Source of the DNA: an uncultured delta proteobacterium | Lineage (GTDB): Bacteria > Desulfobacterota > WTBG01 > CAIYCZ01 > CAIRTM01 | Direction: 5' to 3' | DNA: 64,000 nt | Assembly: GCA_963804955.1 (NCBI GenBank) | Contig: CAWDSQ010000007.1 | Span: forward strand, 160,001-224,000 | In this document: in pieces, positions 32,500 to 42,133 of the stretch | Numbering within the stretch: position 1 is the first letter of the stretch | How the letters are laid out: every line of letters starts with the position of its first letter | Program-made: the position numbers and the translations under genes | The notes under the pieces: generated by a model | What the model was told of the DNA's origin: nothing | Database searches by the model: none | Seen by the model: the letters and a program-made list of their open reading frames with translations, nothing else

Positions 32500-33798
32500 A
32501 TGAAAAAAATGTTTCTAGCCGTCCTGATTCTTGCAGCTGGTATTGCCTTTACAGCCTGCACCCGTCCCGTAGCTGAGACCACGGCAGTGGGAACCGCAAC
32601 CGGCAATCCCGAAACAAAAACCATCGGCACCGGCGGCGGCACGCTGACATTGCTGGATGGGCGTCTCGAACTCACGGTTCCGCCCGGCGCCCTCTCATCT
32701 GAGATTATCCTTTCCGCACAGCCCATCACCAATACTGCCTTCGGCGGGCTGGGCACGGCATATCGCCTCGAGCCGGACGGCGCCACCTTCGCCAAGCCGG
32801 TCACCCTCATATTCAAGGCAGGGGCTGAGGATCTGGGTAAAGTCAGCATTGAGGGCATGGGGATGGCTTTTCAGGATGCAGAGGGCTACTGGAAGCGGCT
32901 TCCCGGGGCCACCTTCGATGCAGCGGCAAAAACCCTGACGGTCGCGACTGATCATTTCACCGATTACGCACCCGTAGCCGTAACGCTGCTGCAGCCGCTT
33001 GCAAAAACGGTGAAACCAGGTGAAACCGTCGAACTGGAACTGTCCAACTGCTACCCGGTCAATGTCAGCACGGATCCCGATGACTGGCGCGGCTACCGCT
33101 GCGACAATTACTTCGGGGTTGATGAAAGCGCAAAAGAGTGGTTTGTCAACGGGATAACCGGCGGGGATGGCACAGTGGGCACGATCAATGGTATAAGCGA
33201 TTCCGCGCGGTATATCGCACCTGGCGAGCCCCCCTCGCCCTCGACGGTCAACGCCTCGGTAAAGCTGACCAATGGTAGTGGCGCCGAAGCGCAGAATGTC
33301 GAGCTTTTCTCACAGATCACCGTCAGCGAGCCGGGAGATTTCAAGGGCGCCATCACCATCAACTGGCAGTTTTCGGGATTGAACTTCGTCATCACGATCA
33401 ATGACGCGACGCTTACCCTGAAAGATGACGGTATCGATGAAACCAACTATACCCTGAGCGGCACAGCCACAATTTCGCCAGGCACGTTTACCTATGGCGG
33501 CAATGTGTACACGCTCGCAGAAGCTGCGGAGAAAGCTTTCAGCAGCGAGTATGGATTCAAGGTGCGCAAACTTCCTGAACCGGCCGTGCGATGGGGCTAT
33601 GCTGAAATGTGGAACTATACCAGCGGCAGTTCCCCGTTTGGGATTGTTGTAAATTTCGGAACTAAAACGGGCTTAGGGTGCGGGGGAATCGTCGATGTGC
33701 CGATTGCAAGCCTCGACACCCTTGATGGCGAATACACCATGTCATGCATGGAGCCGGCCTATGGCGGCACGGCAATCTGGGAGTTCACGAAGCAGTAA
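32500..33798 (+). CDS. lipoprotein with ZU5-like N-terminal domain
   Basis: AAGGAG RBS, FTAC lipobox; IG..GGTL..LTVPPGAL..Y.LEPDG.TFAKPVTL; TDHFTDY. Confidence 0.7.
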   Translation: MKKMFLAVLILAAGIAFTACTRPVAETTAVGTATGNPETKTIGTGGGTLTLLDGRLELTVPPGALSSEIILSAQPITNTAFGGLGTAYRLEPDGATFAKPVTLIFKAGAEDLGKVSIEGMGMAFQDAEGYWKRLPGATFDAAAKTLTVATDHFTDYAPVAVTLLQPLAKTVKPGETVELELSNCYPVNVSTDPDDWRGYRCDNYFGVDESAKEWFVNGITGGDGTVGTINGISDSARYIAPGEPPSPSTVNASVKLTNGSGAEAQNVELFSQITVSEPGDFKGAITINWQFSGLNFVITINDATLTLKDDGIDETNYTLSGTATISPGTFTYGGNVYTLAEAAEKAFSSEYGFKVRKLPEPAVRWGYAEMWNYTSGSSPFGIVVNFGTKTGLGCGGIVDVPIASLDTLDGEYTMSCMEPAYGGTAIWEFTKQ

Positions 33799-33866
33799 CC
33801 CGCTGTATGCCGGACGGTAAAGATACCGGCATTGCCCGCAGGCAGCTCACGTTACAGAGCTTAGTC

Positions 33867-33902
33867 AAAAGGCAAGGGGGCAACCGCACCCTTGCCTTTT
33901 TT
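33867..33902 (+). terminator. intrinsic terminator
   Basis: ggcaaggg-loop-cccttgcc followed by a T-run. Confidence 0.75.
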
Positions 33903-34144
33903 GTTTTCTGTCCATAAAAAAACAGGCGGCTTTTCCTTATTCCTTCCGGGTCATACAGCCGGAAGGTGCAAACAATTTTTTGGCACGTTTCACTTTGCCC
34001 AACCTCCTCCCGGCATTTTTTAATAGAAAAATTTAGCGGCAACAGCTATGATATGATAAAAAAAATTTGCTCCTCTTGATTATCTTTTTGACCACTATCA
34101 GGAACTGCGCAAAATATAAAAACATTAAAAACGGAGAATGCCCT

Positions 34145-34417
34145 ATGCCTGAGAAAAAAAACTGCCCGGGAAAGCTGCCCCCTGAAACCCCTGCCGTCAT
34201 CTGCGCCAACTGCGGCGCTGTAGCCCTGAGCCCGAACAGCGTCTGCAAGCCGCAGGGGCATGGCACAAAAAAAGACTGGTGCGGCACCGAATCCATAAAA
34301 AAACCATCTTTCTGCCGCAACAATGTTCATACAAACCGCTATCAATGCGCCACATGTGGAAAGGTTGCTATTGACTGTGAATTGCTCTGCGCGCCCGAAC
34401 CCCTTGTGCGGAACTGA
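34145..34417 (+). CDS. small Cys-rich protein with two CxxCG-x8-CxP modules
   Basis: GGAG RBS; CANCGAVALSPNSVCKP and CATCGKVAIDCELLCAP. Confidence 0.75.
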   Translation: MPEKKNCPGKLPPETPAVICANCGAVALSPNSVCKPQGHGTKKDWCGTESIKKPSFCRNNVHTNRYQCATCGKVAIDCELLCAPEPLVRN

Positions 34418-34440
34418 CGGGCTGAGGCAGAACAAAGTCC

Positions 34441-34524
34441 GCAGGCTGGGCAAAGCGCAGCGTTCCCAGTAGTATGTGATTTCGATCATAAGGCTGTTGG
34501 GCACGTTTCACTTTGCCCAGCTAC
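34441..34524. repeat. REP-like inverted doublet (second half also at 33982-34001)
   Basis: ctgggcaaagcgcagcgttccca ... tgggcacgtttcactttgcccagctac; the 20-mer ggcacgtttcactttgccca is identical at 33982 and 34500. Confidence 0.7.
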
Positions 34525-34571
34525 CCCCTTTATTTTAATAAGTGGCTATCCCCGGTTATTTACGGAAACAG

Positions 34572-34661
34572 CCTATGGCGGCATGGCAACCTGGTAGTTC
34601 ACGAAGCAGTAAACCGCTCTGTAGCGGAAGGCACAGATACCGGCAGCGCCCCCAGGCAGCT
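34572..34661 (+). repeat. degenerate duplicate of the lipoprotein 3' end and downstream region (33758-33847)
   Basis: gcctatggcggca.ggcaa.ctgg.agttcacgaagcagtaa...agataccggca..gccc.caggcagct occurs at both sites. Confidence 0.8.
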
Positions 34662-34684
34662 TAACCAAAGAAGGGTGGCCTCCC

Positions 34685-35401
34685 TTACTCTTTCCAGGAA
34701 TGCTTCTGTTTTTGTTTGCGGACACATTTCACTGCTAAAGAAATACCCATGCACACAAGCAGAGAAGCTGCAATTGCCAGTGCGCCTGTTTTTCCGACAG
34801 CGGCATAAATCTCGCGCCATCGCTCGCCTCCGATCTTTCCGATAAAAGCAAGCAGCATAAAAAGCGCAAGGTTTGCAAGCAGGAACGCCGTATATATCCT
34901 GGATTCCTTCAGGGCAAGGATGCCGCTTGAAACTACGGCGCATAAATATATGCCCGGAACGAACTTTGAAAAGAATAGCGCCACTGCCCCGTATGTTTCA
35001 AGCCAGTGCCTGGTGCGGGTTACCGCATCATCGTTGATATAGCGGGCAAAGAAAGGCTTTTTGAGTATCGGAGCGCCAAAGTACCGCACAATACGGTAAC
35101 AGAGCACGCTGCCGGCGAACATTCCAAGCGTTGGGGCTGCTATTACCAAAACAAGCGAGCTGTGCCCCTGCGAGACCAGGTATCCGCAAAATACGGTGAC
35201 TAGTTCTATCGGGATGATCGGAAAAAAGAAGTTTGCCAGCCCGGCAAGAAACAATAAAATAAAAAACATGAAGGGGGCATCGGCAAATGATACTGCTGCG
35301 TTAAATAACTGGTCCAGGAGACTCTCCCTGTACGGATACGAGTGCGATTGCGTGTCAACAGAAATGGTTTCGGAAAATCTGAGAGCAGAAAGCAAAGGCA
35401 C
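34685..35401 (-). CDS. DedA family membrane protein (start uncertain)
   Basis: FFPIIPIE..G.L, G..AGS..CY, YG..ALF.SKFVPG. Confidence 0.8.
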   Translation of the reverse strand: MPLLSALRFSETISVDTQSHSYPYRESLLDQLFNAAVSFADAPFMFFILLFLAGLANFFFPIIPIELVTVFCGYLVSQGHSSLVLVIAAPTLGMFAGSVLCYRIVRYFGAPILKKPFFARYINDDAVTRTRHWLETYGAVALFFSKFVPGIYLCAVVSSGILALKESRIYTAFLLANLALFMLLAFIGKIGGERWREIYAAVGKTGALAIAASLLVCMGISLAVKCVRKQKQKHSWKE

Positions 35402-35478
35402 ATGGTCTTTATCGTTAAAACAGGTCGCCCTGTTTCTTCCGGCGCATGAATAAAGAATGTCCGATCTTTTTGCTGCTG

Positions 35479-35862
35479 TTAATCAATGAAGACTTCAAAC
35501 TGATCAATAATGCGGCTGCCGGTTTCATGCATGATATACCTCGCAAGAAGAAACAGGCATGACCCGGCAAGAACAAAAACAATATCAGTCAGGGCTGCTT
35601 TTTGTTTTACGATAAGCCCCTGCGCCAGCTCCAGTAAAACTGCACCCGCGACAACTATTGCCACGGTGAGAGCAATGGGGTTGGGCACCTCCAGCAGTTC
35701 ATTGGTCAGGATGAACCCGAGCGTTGATGTCAGGACAAATGAAACTGCCACCAGAGCACCGCGGCTCGTCAGCCAGGTGTTTCTCCTGTTTGACAGGGCA
35801 ACACTAAGGGTTGCCGCCAAAAGTATCAGAAATACAAGGGAGCATAACGCAAGTGCGGTCAT
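35479..35862 (-). CDS. hypothetical membrane protein (VanZ-like C-terminus)
   Basis: Four hydrophobic segments; LELAQ...A.LTDIV..LAG. Confidence 0.55.
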   Translation of the reverse strand: MTALALCSLVFLILLAATLSVALSNRRNTWLTSRGALVAVSFVLTSTLGFILTNELLEVPNPIALTVAIVVAGAVLLELAQGLIVKQKAALTDIVFVLAGSCLFLLARYIMHETGSRIIDQFEVFID

Positions 35863-36060
35863 CGGGCTCCTTCCTGTGCTGCCTGCATCGGCAACAGGCT
35901 TTGATGTATGCCGGACAGAATAGAACAGGCGGCGTTTGCCTGTCAAGACAAAAGCCCGCATCGGTCTCCGGCTCAGAAGTCAGGCGCATCTCGGCAGAAC
36001 ATGCCCGTATTGCGAACCCACGCCGCCGGCTTCATCGCTCGCCCAGGAGCCTGCCACTGT

Positions 36061-36981
36061 TTACTGTATGCCATCCCGGCCTTCAGCCTGACAGCGAGCT
36101 TCTTTGAAAAAATCCTCAAGGTACCGGGCAAAGCTGCCCTGCCGGACGTCAAAAACCGACTTCATGGCGGTAATGTCGCAGGTGCTGCCGCCGGTGAAGG
36201 CAGATAGTATGCCCCGGGCATTGTACCTGTTGCCGGTCGCGAAATCGATGCATGAGGCGGCAAAGCTTGCAAGCGGCAGGGGCACGAAAATGAAACGGAC
36301 TTTTTTGCCCAGCGCCCGGCAGAAGAGCTGCTCGAAGCTGCGGAAATCGTACTCCTCTTCTCCCGCCGCCTCGATGATCCGCCGGGAGGCTTTGGGGTTG
36401 TCGATGGCATCGGCCATGCACCAGGCCAGGTCCTCAAGCAGTATGGGCCTGATCTTCTCATAGGGCTTCATGAGCAGCGGCACGCGGCCCTTCCGAAGCA
36501 GCGTGCGCCCCAGAAGCTCCGACATGTCCGTGGCAAGCGTGGTTACCCTGAACACCGTATAATCTAGGCCGCTGACCTTCAGCAGGTCCTCCACCATTTT
36601 CTTTATCTTCCCGTGCTCGAAATCGCCGAACTTGGCAAGGCCCCAGTAGCTCACGAAAATAAACTTCCTGAGGCCCGCCTCCTTCGACAGGCGTATGAGC
36701 GCAAGGTTGCCCTCATAGTCATTGGCCCAGAGGGTGGCGACGCTCCGCTCCCTGGCGATATTGGTGGCAAAGCTGCTGATAACCGTGTCGATGCCTTCCA
36801 AAGCCTGCTTCACCGACGCCTGATCCCGCAGGTCGCCCCGGACGATCTCCGCGCCCGTCGCCTCAAGGCCGGTCACATCCGAGCTGTTCCGCACCAGGCA
36901 TCTAACCTTTTTTCCCCTTTTTGCGAGCTCGCGCACTGCGGCGCTGCCCAGATGGCCTGTTGCTCCCACATACAGGATCAT
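36061..36981 (-). CDS. NAD(P)H-binding atypical SDR/NmrA-like protein
   Basis: VGATGHLGS, VRCLVR, GDLRD, SGLDYTVFR. Confidence 0.88.
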   Translation of the reverse strand: MILYVGATGHLGSAAVRELAKRGKKVRCLVRNSSDVTGLEATGAEIVRGDLRDQASVKQALEGIDTVISSFATNIARERSVATLWANDYEGNLALIRLSKEAGLRKFIFVSYWGLAKFGDFEHGKIKKMVEDLLKVSGLDYTVFRVTTLATDMSELLGRTLLRKGRVPLLMKPYEKIRPILLEDLAWCMADAIDNPKASRRIIEAAGEEEYDFRSFEQLFCRALGKKVRFIFVPLPLASFAASCIDFATGNRYNARGILSAFTGGSTCDITAMKSVFDVRQGSFARYLEDFFKEARCQAEGRDGIQ

Positions 36982-37065
36982 GGCGTTTTCTCCTTATAAA
37001 ATGCTGGATGAAGATACCGGGTTTTATTCCCCAACCCGGCCTGCGGACTCATAAAAATTTAAGAT

Positions 37066-37287
37066 TCAGGCAATCTCCCGTGAAAATGTGATGACAGCAG
37101 CTTCCCTCGCCCAGAACAGGAGCATCCGGTGCTGCTCAAGCACCATGAAATTCATTTCCCAGCCTTCCGCGCCATAGCGGTTCATAACTTCTTCCATCTT
37201 TTTCACCGGCAGCTTGCTGGCGCCAAGAATCATTGTGCCGAGAGCTCCTTCCCGAACGATCTCAATTTTGAATTCTCTTCTTTTCAT
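37066..37287 (-). CDS. DUF4177-like small protein
   Basis: MEEVMNRYGAEGWEM...ITFSRE. Confidence 0.75.
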   Translation of the reverse strand: MKRREFKIEIVREGALGTMILGASKLPVKKMEEVMNRYGAEGWEMNFMVLEQHRMLLFWAREAAVITFSREIA

Positions 37288-37449
37288 GTGTATCTCCAAG
37301 GAATGCCCCCTGATTTTAAAAACATGGTGGACGTGCTTCGCAAGTCAACCCTACCAGCTGATTTATTTATGGACGACCCTAACCCCGCTCTCTTTTTTTA
37401 GTTTGTGTAATTTGTCAACGACGTCCCGGAACTGCGCCCACCTACCGGC

Positions 37450-38106
37450 TTACCCGCTAATGAATTGCAAAAACTTGGCGCCCATTTGCGTTGTTCGATC
37501 TCTAATCAAATCATTGCCGGATAACGTGCCGTTAAGTTGCTCAATATTTACGAATCCTCGTAAATACAAATCGCGCCAGATTTGATCATAGAACTCTCGA
37601 CGACCTCGCAACTCTACGTTGTGATTCTCTAGTACTGTCGATAAGCTGCCAATTGACAGACCAGGAACAGACGGGGGGGACTTAAAGAAGCGCAACAAAC
37701 GGATATGCCACTCCGTCATGATATCAACAAAGTTTAAGAACATTTGTTGTTCGCTGTCATCGGGAGAATTTGGACGGGCAGAGTTTAGTACAGCATTTTT
37801 CAGTGCCTCGCGTTTTTCCTGTTGATGTGTCCGAATAGAAATCTGCGTTGCCTGCAAAAGAGTGGAGATAAATTTTTCGTTCTGTTGGATTTTTTCAAAC
37901 GTCAGGCCCTCAGATTCGAGCTTCTTCAAGCGTTCACTAACATCGGTCATCCAATCATCTCGGCGCTTTTCAAGAGGTGGTTGAACGAGTGGCTGCAAAA
38001 ATTCAGCCGCCGCATTTCCGACCAATGGGACCGAACTGACAGCAGCTTTTACAATTGCATGAACGATATCGCCCTTGGAGTTTTTCGGAGTATGATCAGA
38101 AATCAC
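37450..38106 (-). CDS. hypothetical accessory protein (weak Abi-alpha-like architecture)
   Basis: Intact AT-richer ORF with AGGAG RBS; SSVPLVG..AAE, helical middle, winged-helix-like end (LRGFV...TTQMGAKFLQFI). Confidence 0.6.
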   Translation of the reverse strand: MISDHTPKNSKGDIVHAIVKAAVSSVPLVGNAAAEFLQPLVQPPLEKRRDDWMTDVSERLKKLESEGLTFEKIQQNEKFISTLLQATQISIRTHQQEKREALKNAVLNSARPNSPDDSEQQMFLNFVDIMTEWHIRLLRFFKSPPSVPGLSIGSLSTVLENHNVELRGRREFYDQIWRDLYLRGFVNIEQLNGTLSGNDLIRDRTTQMGAKFLQFISG

Positions 38107-38151
38107 TACGATTATCTCCTATGTGGTAAAGACTAAATACAAAAAAAGGTA

Positions 38152-38216
38152 GTAGGGTGCGCATCGCGCACCATTTCAATGCCCCTATTAACATCAGTGC
38201 GCGGTGCGAACCCTGC
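38152..38216. repeat. GTAG-type REP doublet
   Basis: gtagggtgcgcatcgcgcacc ... gtgcgcggtgcgaaccctgc. Confidence 0.7.
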
Positions 38217-38220
38217 CTGC

Positions 38221-38921
38221 TCACACGCCATAAAAAATATCCAGCGCGCGTTCAATGCCTTCCTTCCTGCCGAAAAATAAAATATTCCCCTTTACGCCGG
38301 GGTCGTGGTCTACAACGGTTTTCAGATATTCGTCAAAGGATGATTTTATTTTTTCAAGAGCGCTGCCGGTGAGCGGGTCCGCGGTTTTAATAAGCTCAAG
38401 GTAGGCGCTGAAATACTCGCAGAAAATGCTGATTGCCTGCTCATCAAGCTCGCAGGGAATTTTTACCTGGCAGGCTGCCTTTGAATTAACCGACTGGAAT
38501 GCCCTGGGCCGCTATCTTCTGATATTTCATAAGCTCGGGATACTTGCCCCTGATCTCCAGAAGATGATCAAAAAAATCATCGTATTGCTTCTCGCCTCCC
38601 GCGCCGCCCTTGTGCGCATCGACTATAAAGATGCGCTTGTTTCCCAGCATGACTGCTTCGCAGATAAAAACCGGCAGGTCGTATTCTATTTTTGGAGAAA
38701 TGAAAGTGGAGAAAACTTTCATAAAAACAGGCAAGTGTATCTGCATGAGCACCGCGCGGTTGAGCTTTTCAGAGCAGTAGACCTCGCCGTCAAATTTTAT
38801 AAGGCCGAGCATGCGGCCGGGCCGCACCGGGAAGGGATATTTGAGCGCCACCGGTGTGAGGGGCATGGCTGTTCTCATAAGAGCAATCGCTTCGCCCTGT
38901 AATTCTGTAATGCTTCTCTAT
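38221..38921 (-). CDS. ferredoxin-dependent bilin reductase-like protein (frameshifted)
   Basis: ORF 38486-38878 (SPKIEYDLPVF) continues in another frame as ...EYFSAYLELI...FDEYLKTVVDHDPGVKGNILFFGRKEGIERALDIFYGV* to 38221. Confidence 0.55.
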
Positions 38922-38931
38922 TATGATCACC

Positions 38932-39237
38932 TTACATATAAATTATTGGGAACGGTTCTATGTCACCACCCTGTTTAGTAATTATGCCTACCATGTCAGT
39001 TTTTCTGTGCTTAGGACACTTCTTGATTTGGTTCTCGAATTTCAAGGCCATGCTTTTAGAGTAGCAATTAGCGGTTCGCGCAAGAACTTTAACCGGCGTG
39101 CGCCCTCGTGTGTACCTGGATGCAGTCCCCTCATTATGCTGCTTGAGGCGATGCTCCATATCCGTGGTTATCCCGCAGTAATACGAACCATCGCGGCACT
39201 CAAGCAAATAAATGCAGTATTTATTATCAGGACTCAT
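38932..39237 (-). CDS. GIY-YIG nuclease family protein (YhbQ/YazA-like)
   Basis: YCIYLLECRDGSYYCGITTD..RL.QHN.G.ASRYTR.R.P. Confidence 0.9.
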   Translation of the reverse strand: MSPDNKYCIYLLECRDGSYYCGITTDMEHRLKQHNEGTASRYTRGRTPVKVLARTANCYSKSMALKFENQIKKCPKHRKTDMVGIITKQGGDIEPFPIIYM

Positions 39238-39300
39238 ATTGAAAATTTCGCACCGAACATTTTACGCTTCGCGAGTCCACAGCGAGCGATGAAAAAAAAT

Positions 39301-39570
39301 TTACCGCAGAGCCGCGGAGAGCGCAGAGAATAAAGTTCTTTTTATTTTTCGCTGAGAGGGCGAAAAATAAAAACTTCTCCGTGTGATTCATGGAGCGAGG
39401 ACTCTTCCCTTTCTGTCCTCTCAGCAGAAGGGGAAATATTTCTCTCTTTGCGTTCTCTGCGCCTCGAGCGCAGCGGGCGGTGAACTTCGCCCCCCTCACC
39501 TCTGGTCCTATCCCCGGTGCAGGTGGCGAGGAGGATTCCGGATGCTGACTTCCGAATTCTGGTTTCTGAT
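39301..39570. repeat. composite intergenic repeat (MITE-like + hairpin repeat + heptamers)
   Basis: ttaccgcagag...gcggtgaa ends; ccccctcacctct..ggcgaggagg; degenerate heptamers. Related copy at 41403-41548. Confidence 0.65.
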
Positions 39571-41230
39571 TCAGTGGTACAGGAAACGTTTAATCTTTTT
39601 CGTAGCTGTCTTTTTAAACGGCTCGAAATGCGCTACCACTTTTTGTATTCTTGAGAATTTATTCACCCGTGCATTGACATAAACGTGAAGCTCTTTGGTC
39701 AGCTCTTCGATGTGCTTTTCGATAAACTCGCCGGCTTGCTCTTTCAGGTGCTGATAGGTGTTCTGCAGCTCTTCCATATTGAAATGAACCAGAGCAACGA
39801 GCTTGCCTTTTTGCTGAACAACCACCGATTCAAGAACATGTTTAAACCGGTTGATGATTTCTTCTATCTCTTCGGGATAAATGTTTTCACCGCTGGCGCC
39901 GACAATCATATTCTTCACCCGGCCCTTAAGAAATAAATAACCCCGATGTGTCGAAACAGCCCAAATCACCGGTTTTAAACCAGCCGTCCTCGGTCAGCAC
40001 CTCTTTGGTAAGCTCCGGTTCTTTGTAGTAGCCGAGCATCACGTTTTCGCCGCGGGCCCACACCTCACCCTGGCCGGTAACCGGATCAGGATCATTGATT
40101 TTCAGGGTTACTCCCGGCATCGGCAGCCCCGTTGACTGATGCTTGCCGCAGAACGCATCAAAGCCCGCAAGCAGGGGCGAGGTTTCCGTAAGTCCATAGC
40201 CGACGGCATAGGGGAATTTGCCTTCGATTAAAAACCGTTCCACTTCCGGGTCAAGCTTTGCGCCGCCAATGCCGAAAAATTTTAATCTTCCGCCGAATGT
40301 CTGCATCAGTTTCTTTCCGGCAACCCTGTTCAGCAGCTTGCGGGCTGGAGGAAATTTATACAGCATGCGGGTCAGCGGCTTTGGCATTAAAAGCCGGCAG
40401 TATTTTCCCTTTATATATTTTTTCAATAATCAGCGGCACGGTCAGCATGAGGGTCGGCTTTACCTGCTGCAAGGCAGAGATCAAAACAGAAGCCACGGGC
40501 GGCTTTCTGAGATAACTAATTGACGATCCATACATCATCGGAAATATGAAACCGATGGTGTTTTCATAGGTGTGTGAAAGCGGCAGAACCGAAAGCATAC
40601 TGTCTGTTGTATCTACCGGATGGATTCTCCCTGACATCTCGGCTGTAAAAATCAAATTATGGTGAGTCAGCATGACGCCTTTTGACTTGCCTGTTGTCCC
40701 CGATGTGTAGATGAGCGAGGCCAGATCATGCTTATCAACATGGTACTCTTTTTCAGGCACTGCATCATCGTTAAGCGCGCCTGGCAGCCCGGCTATATCA
40801 GCAGCCGCAGCTGCCGTCGGGCACGACAGCAAACTGCTCGATAACAACCCGCAGCTTTAAAGTCTCGATTTGGATTGGTGAAATTTTACGGTACAGGCTT
40901 TCCGAAACAAAAACTGCTTTTGCCTCAGAGTGCGTCAAAACATTTTCAATTTCGCTTTCACTGAAATCGGGCAGAATCGGAACAACAACAGCCCCCATAG
41001 CGGCTATGGCAAAAAATGCTATGCCCCAATTTGGCTGGTTTGAGCTGAGAATGGCGACTTTGTCGCCGCTTTGAATGCCGCTCTTTTCCAGAAGCGCAAT
41101 TACCGCAGCAGCTGTGCGGGCAACATCGGCATAGGTTAACATCTGTTTCTCCGACAAAACCCAGAGCTGGGCTGGAGCCGAATTGTTGAGCGGAATTTTT
41201 TAACAGATCACCCAGGGTTTTAATTTCCAT
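39571..41230 (-). CDS. long-chain acyl-CoA synthetase (AMP-binding; frameshifted)
   Basis: IYTSGTTGKSKGVML, GYGLTETSP, WFKTGDLG, GRVKNMIV..SGENIYPEEIE. Confidence 0.9.
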
Positions 41231-41402
41231 ACTTCTTCCATCATCCTTCTTAATGGGATTAAATCAGTAAGTCGGGCGGCGCTGTTTATTTAGCTCCCCG
41301 CGCTTTAAAGTCATGAAATATTCTTTAAATATTTAATAAAAATTCTAAATTTTGTCAAAGTGAAATAAAAGCCAAAGAAAGACCGCCGCGGCGGACAGGA
41401 GG

Positions 41403-41548
41403 TTTCACTGCAGAGTTGCAGAAGGCACAGAGCTAAGAAGTTTTATTTTTCGCCTGAGATGACGAGAATCACACCCCCCTCACCTCTATCCTCTCCCCCG
41501 TACCGGGGGCGAGGAGGGACAAAAATGCAGGCGCAGCGGCCGGTGAAA
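41403..41548. repeat. composite intergenic repeat related to 39301-39533
   Basis: Shares ttttatttttcgc.tgaga, ccccctcacctct..ggcgaggagg and gcgcagcgg.cggtgaa. Confidence 0.65.
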
Positions 41549-41579
41549 AGTTCGGGGGCCGCAGGGTACGCTCAGGCTT

Positions 41580-42131
41580 TCAATACCGCGGCTTGAAGAT
41601 GATCGAAGGCTTTGTTGCGGCCGAGCAGGCAAACCCCTGTATCTCTTGCACCGCGCCGTATTTCTTTTTGAGCTCCTCCAGCGGCCCGGCATCCAAGGCA
41701 TAGAGCGGGCAGGCTGCCACGCAGGCAGGCTGTTTGCCTTCAGCCAGGCGGTCGAGGCAGAAGGTGCACATCTGCATTTTGTCGTCGCCCCGGCTGGAAA
41801 ACTGCGGCACTGAGTAGGGGCAGGCTTCTTTGCATGCGCCGCAGGCATCGCCGCCAAGGCATGCCTCGCGGTCAACCGTCATAATGCCGTCTTCGCTGCG
41901 CTTTGCAATGGCTGAAACCGGGCAGGCATCAGCGCAGGCGGGCTCTGCGCAGTGGCAGCAGGACAGCGACACATAGGAAAGATGCACGCCGGGGTAGGAG
42001 CCTGTTTCTGTTTCAACAATGCGGCGCCACGACACCTGCGTGTCCCGAATGTCGTGCTTGTCGCGGCAGGCTATGGCGCAGGCATAGCAGCCTGTGCAGC
42101 GTGACTGGTCAAAATAAAATGCCATTTGCAT
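41580..42131 (-). CDS. DmsB-like 4x[4Fe-4S] subunit
   Basis: FYFDQSRCTGCYACAIAC, SCCHCAEPAC..CP, CKEACPY, CTFC..PACVAACP. Confidence 0.9.
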   Translation of the reverse strand: MQMAFYFDQSRCTGCYACAIACRDKHDIRDTQVSWRRIVETETGSYPGVHLSYVSLSCCHCAEPACADACPVSAIAKRSEDGIMTVDREACLGGDACGACKEACPYSVPQFSSRGDDKMQMCTFCLDRLAEGKQPACVAACPLYALDAGPLEELKKKYGAVQEIQGFACSAATKPSIIFKPRY

Positions 42132-42133
42132 GA

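Noticed and set aside
33981..33999. Sigma54 promoter (TGGCAC...TTGC)
   Set aside because: The spacing is 3 nt too long, and the sequence belongs to a REP-like repeat.
33758..34661. DGR template/variable repeat pair
   Set aside because: The differences are not adenine-specific and no reverse transcriptase is in the window.
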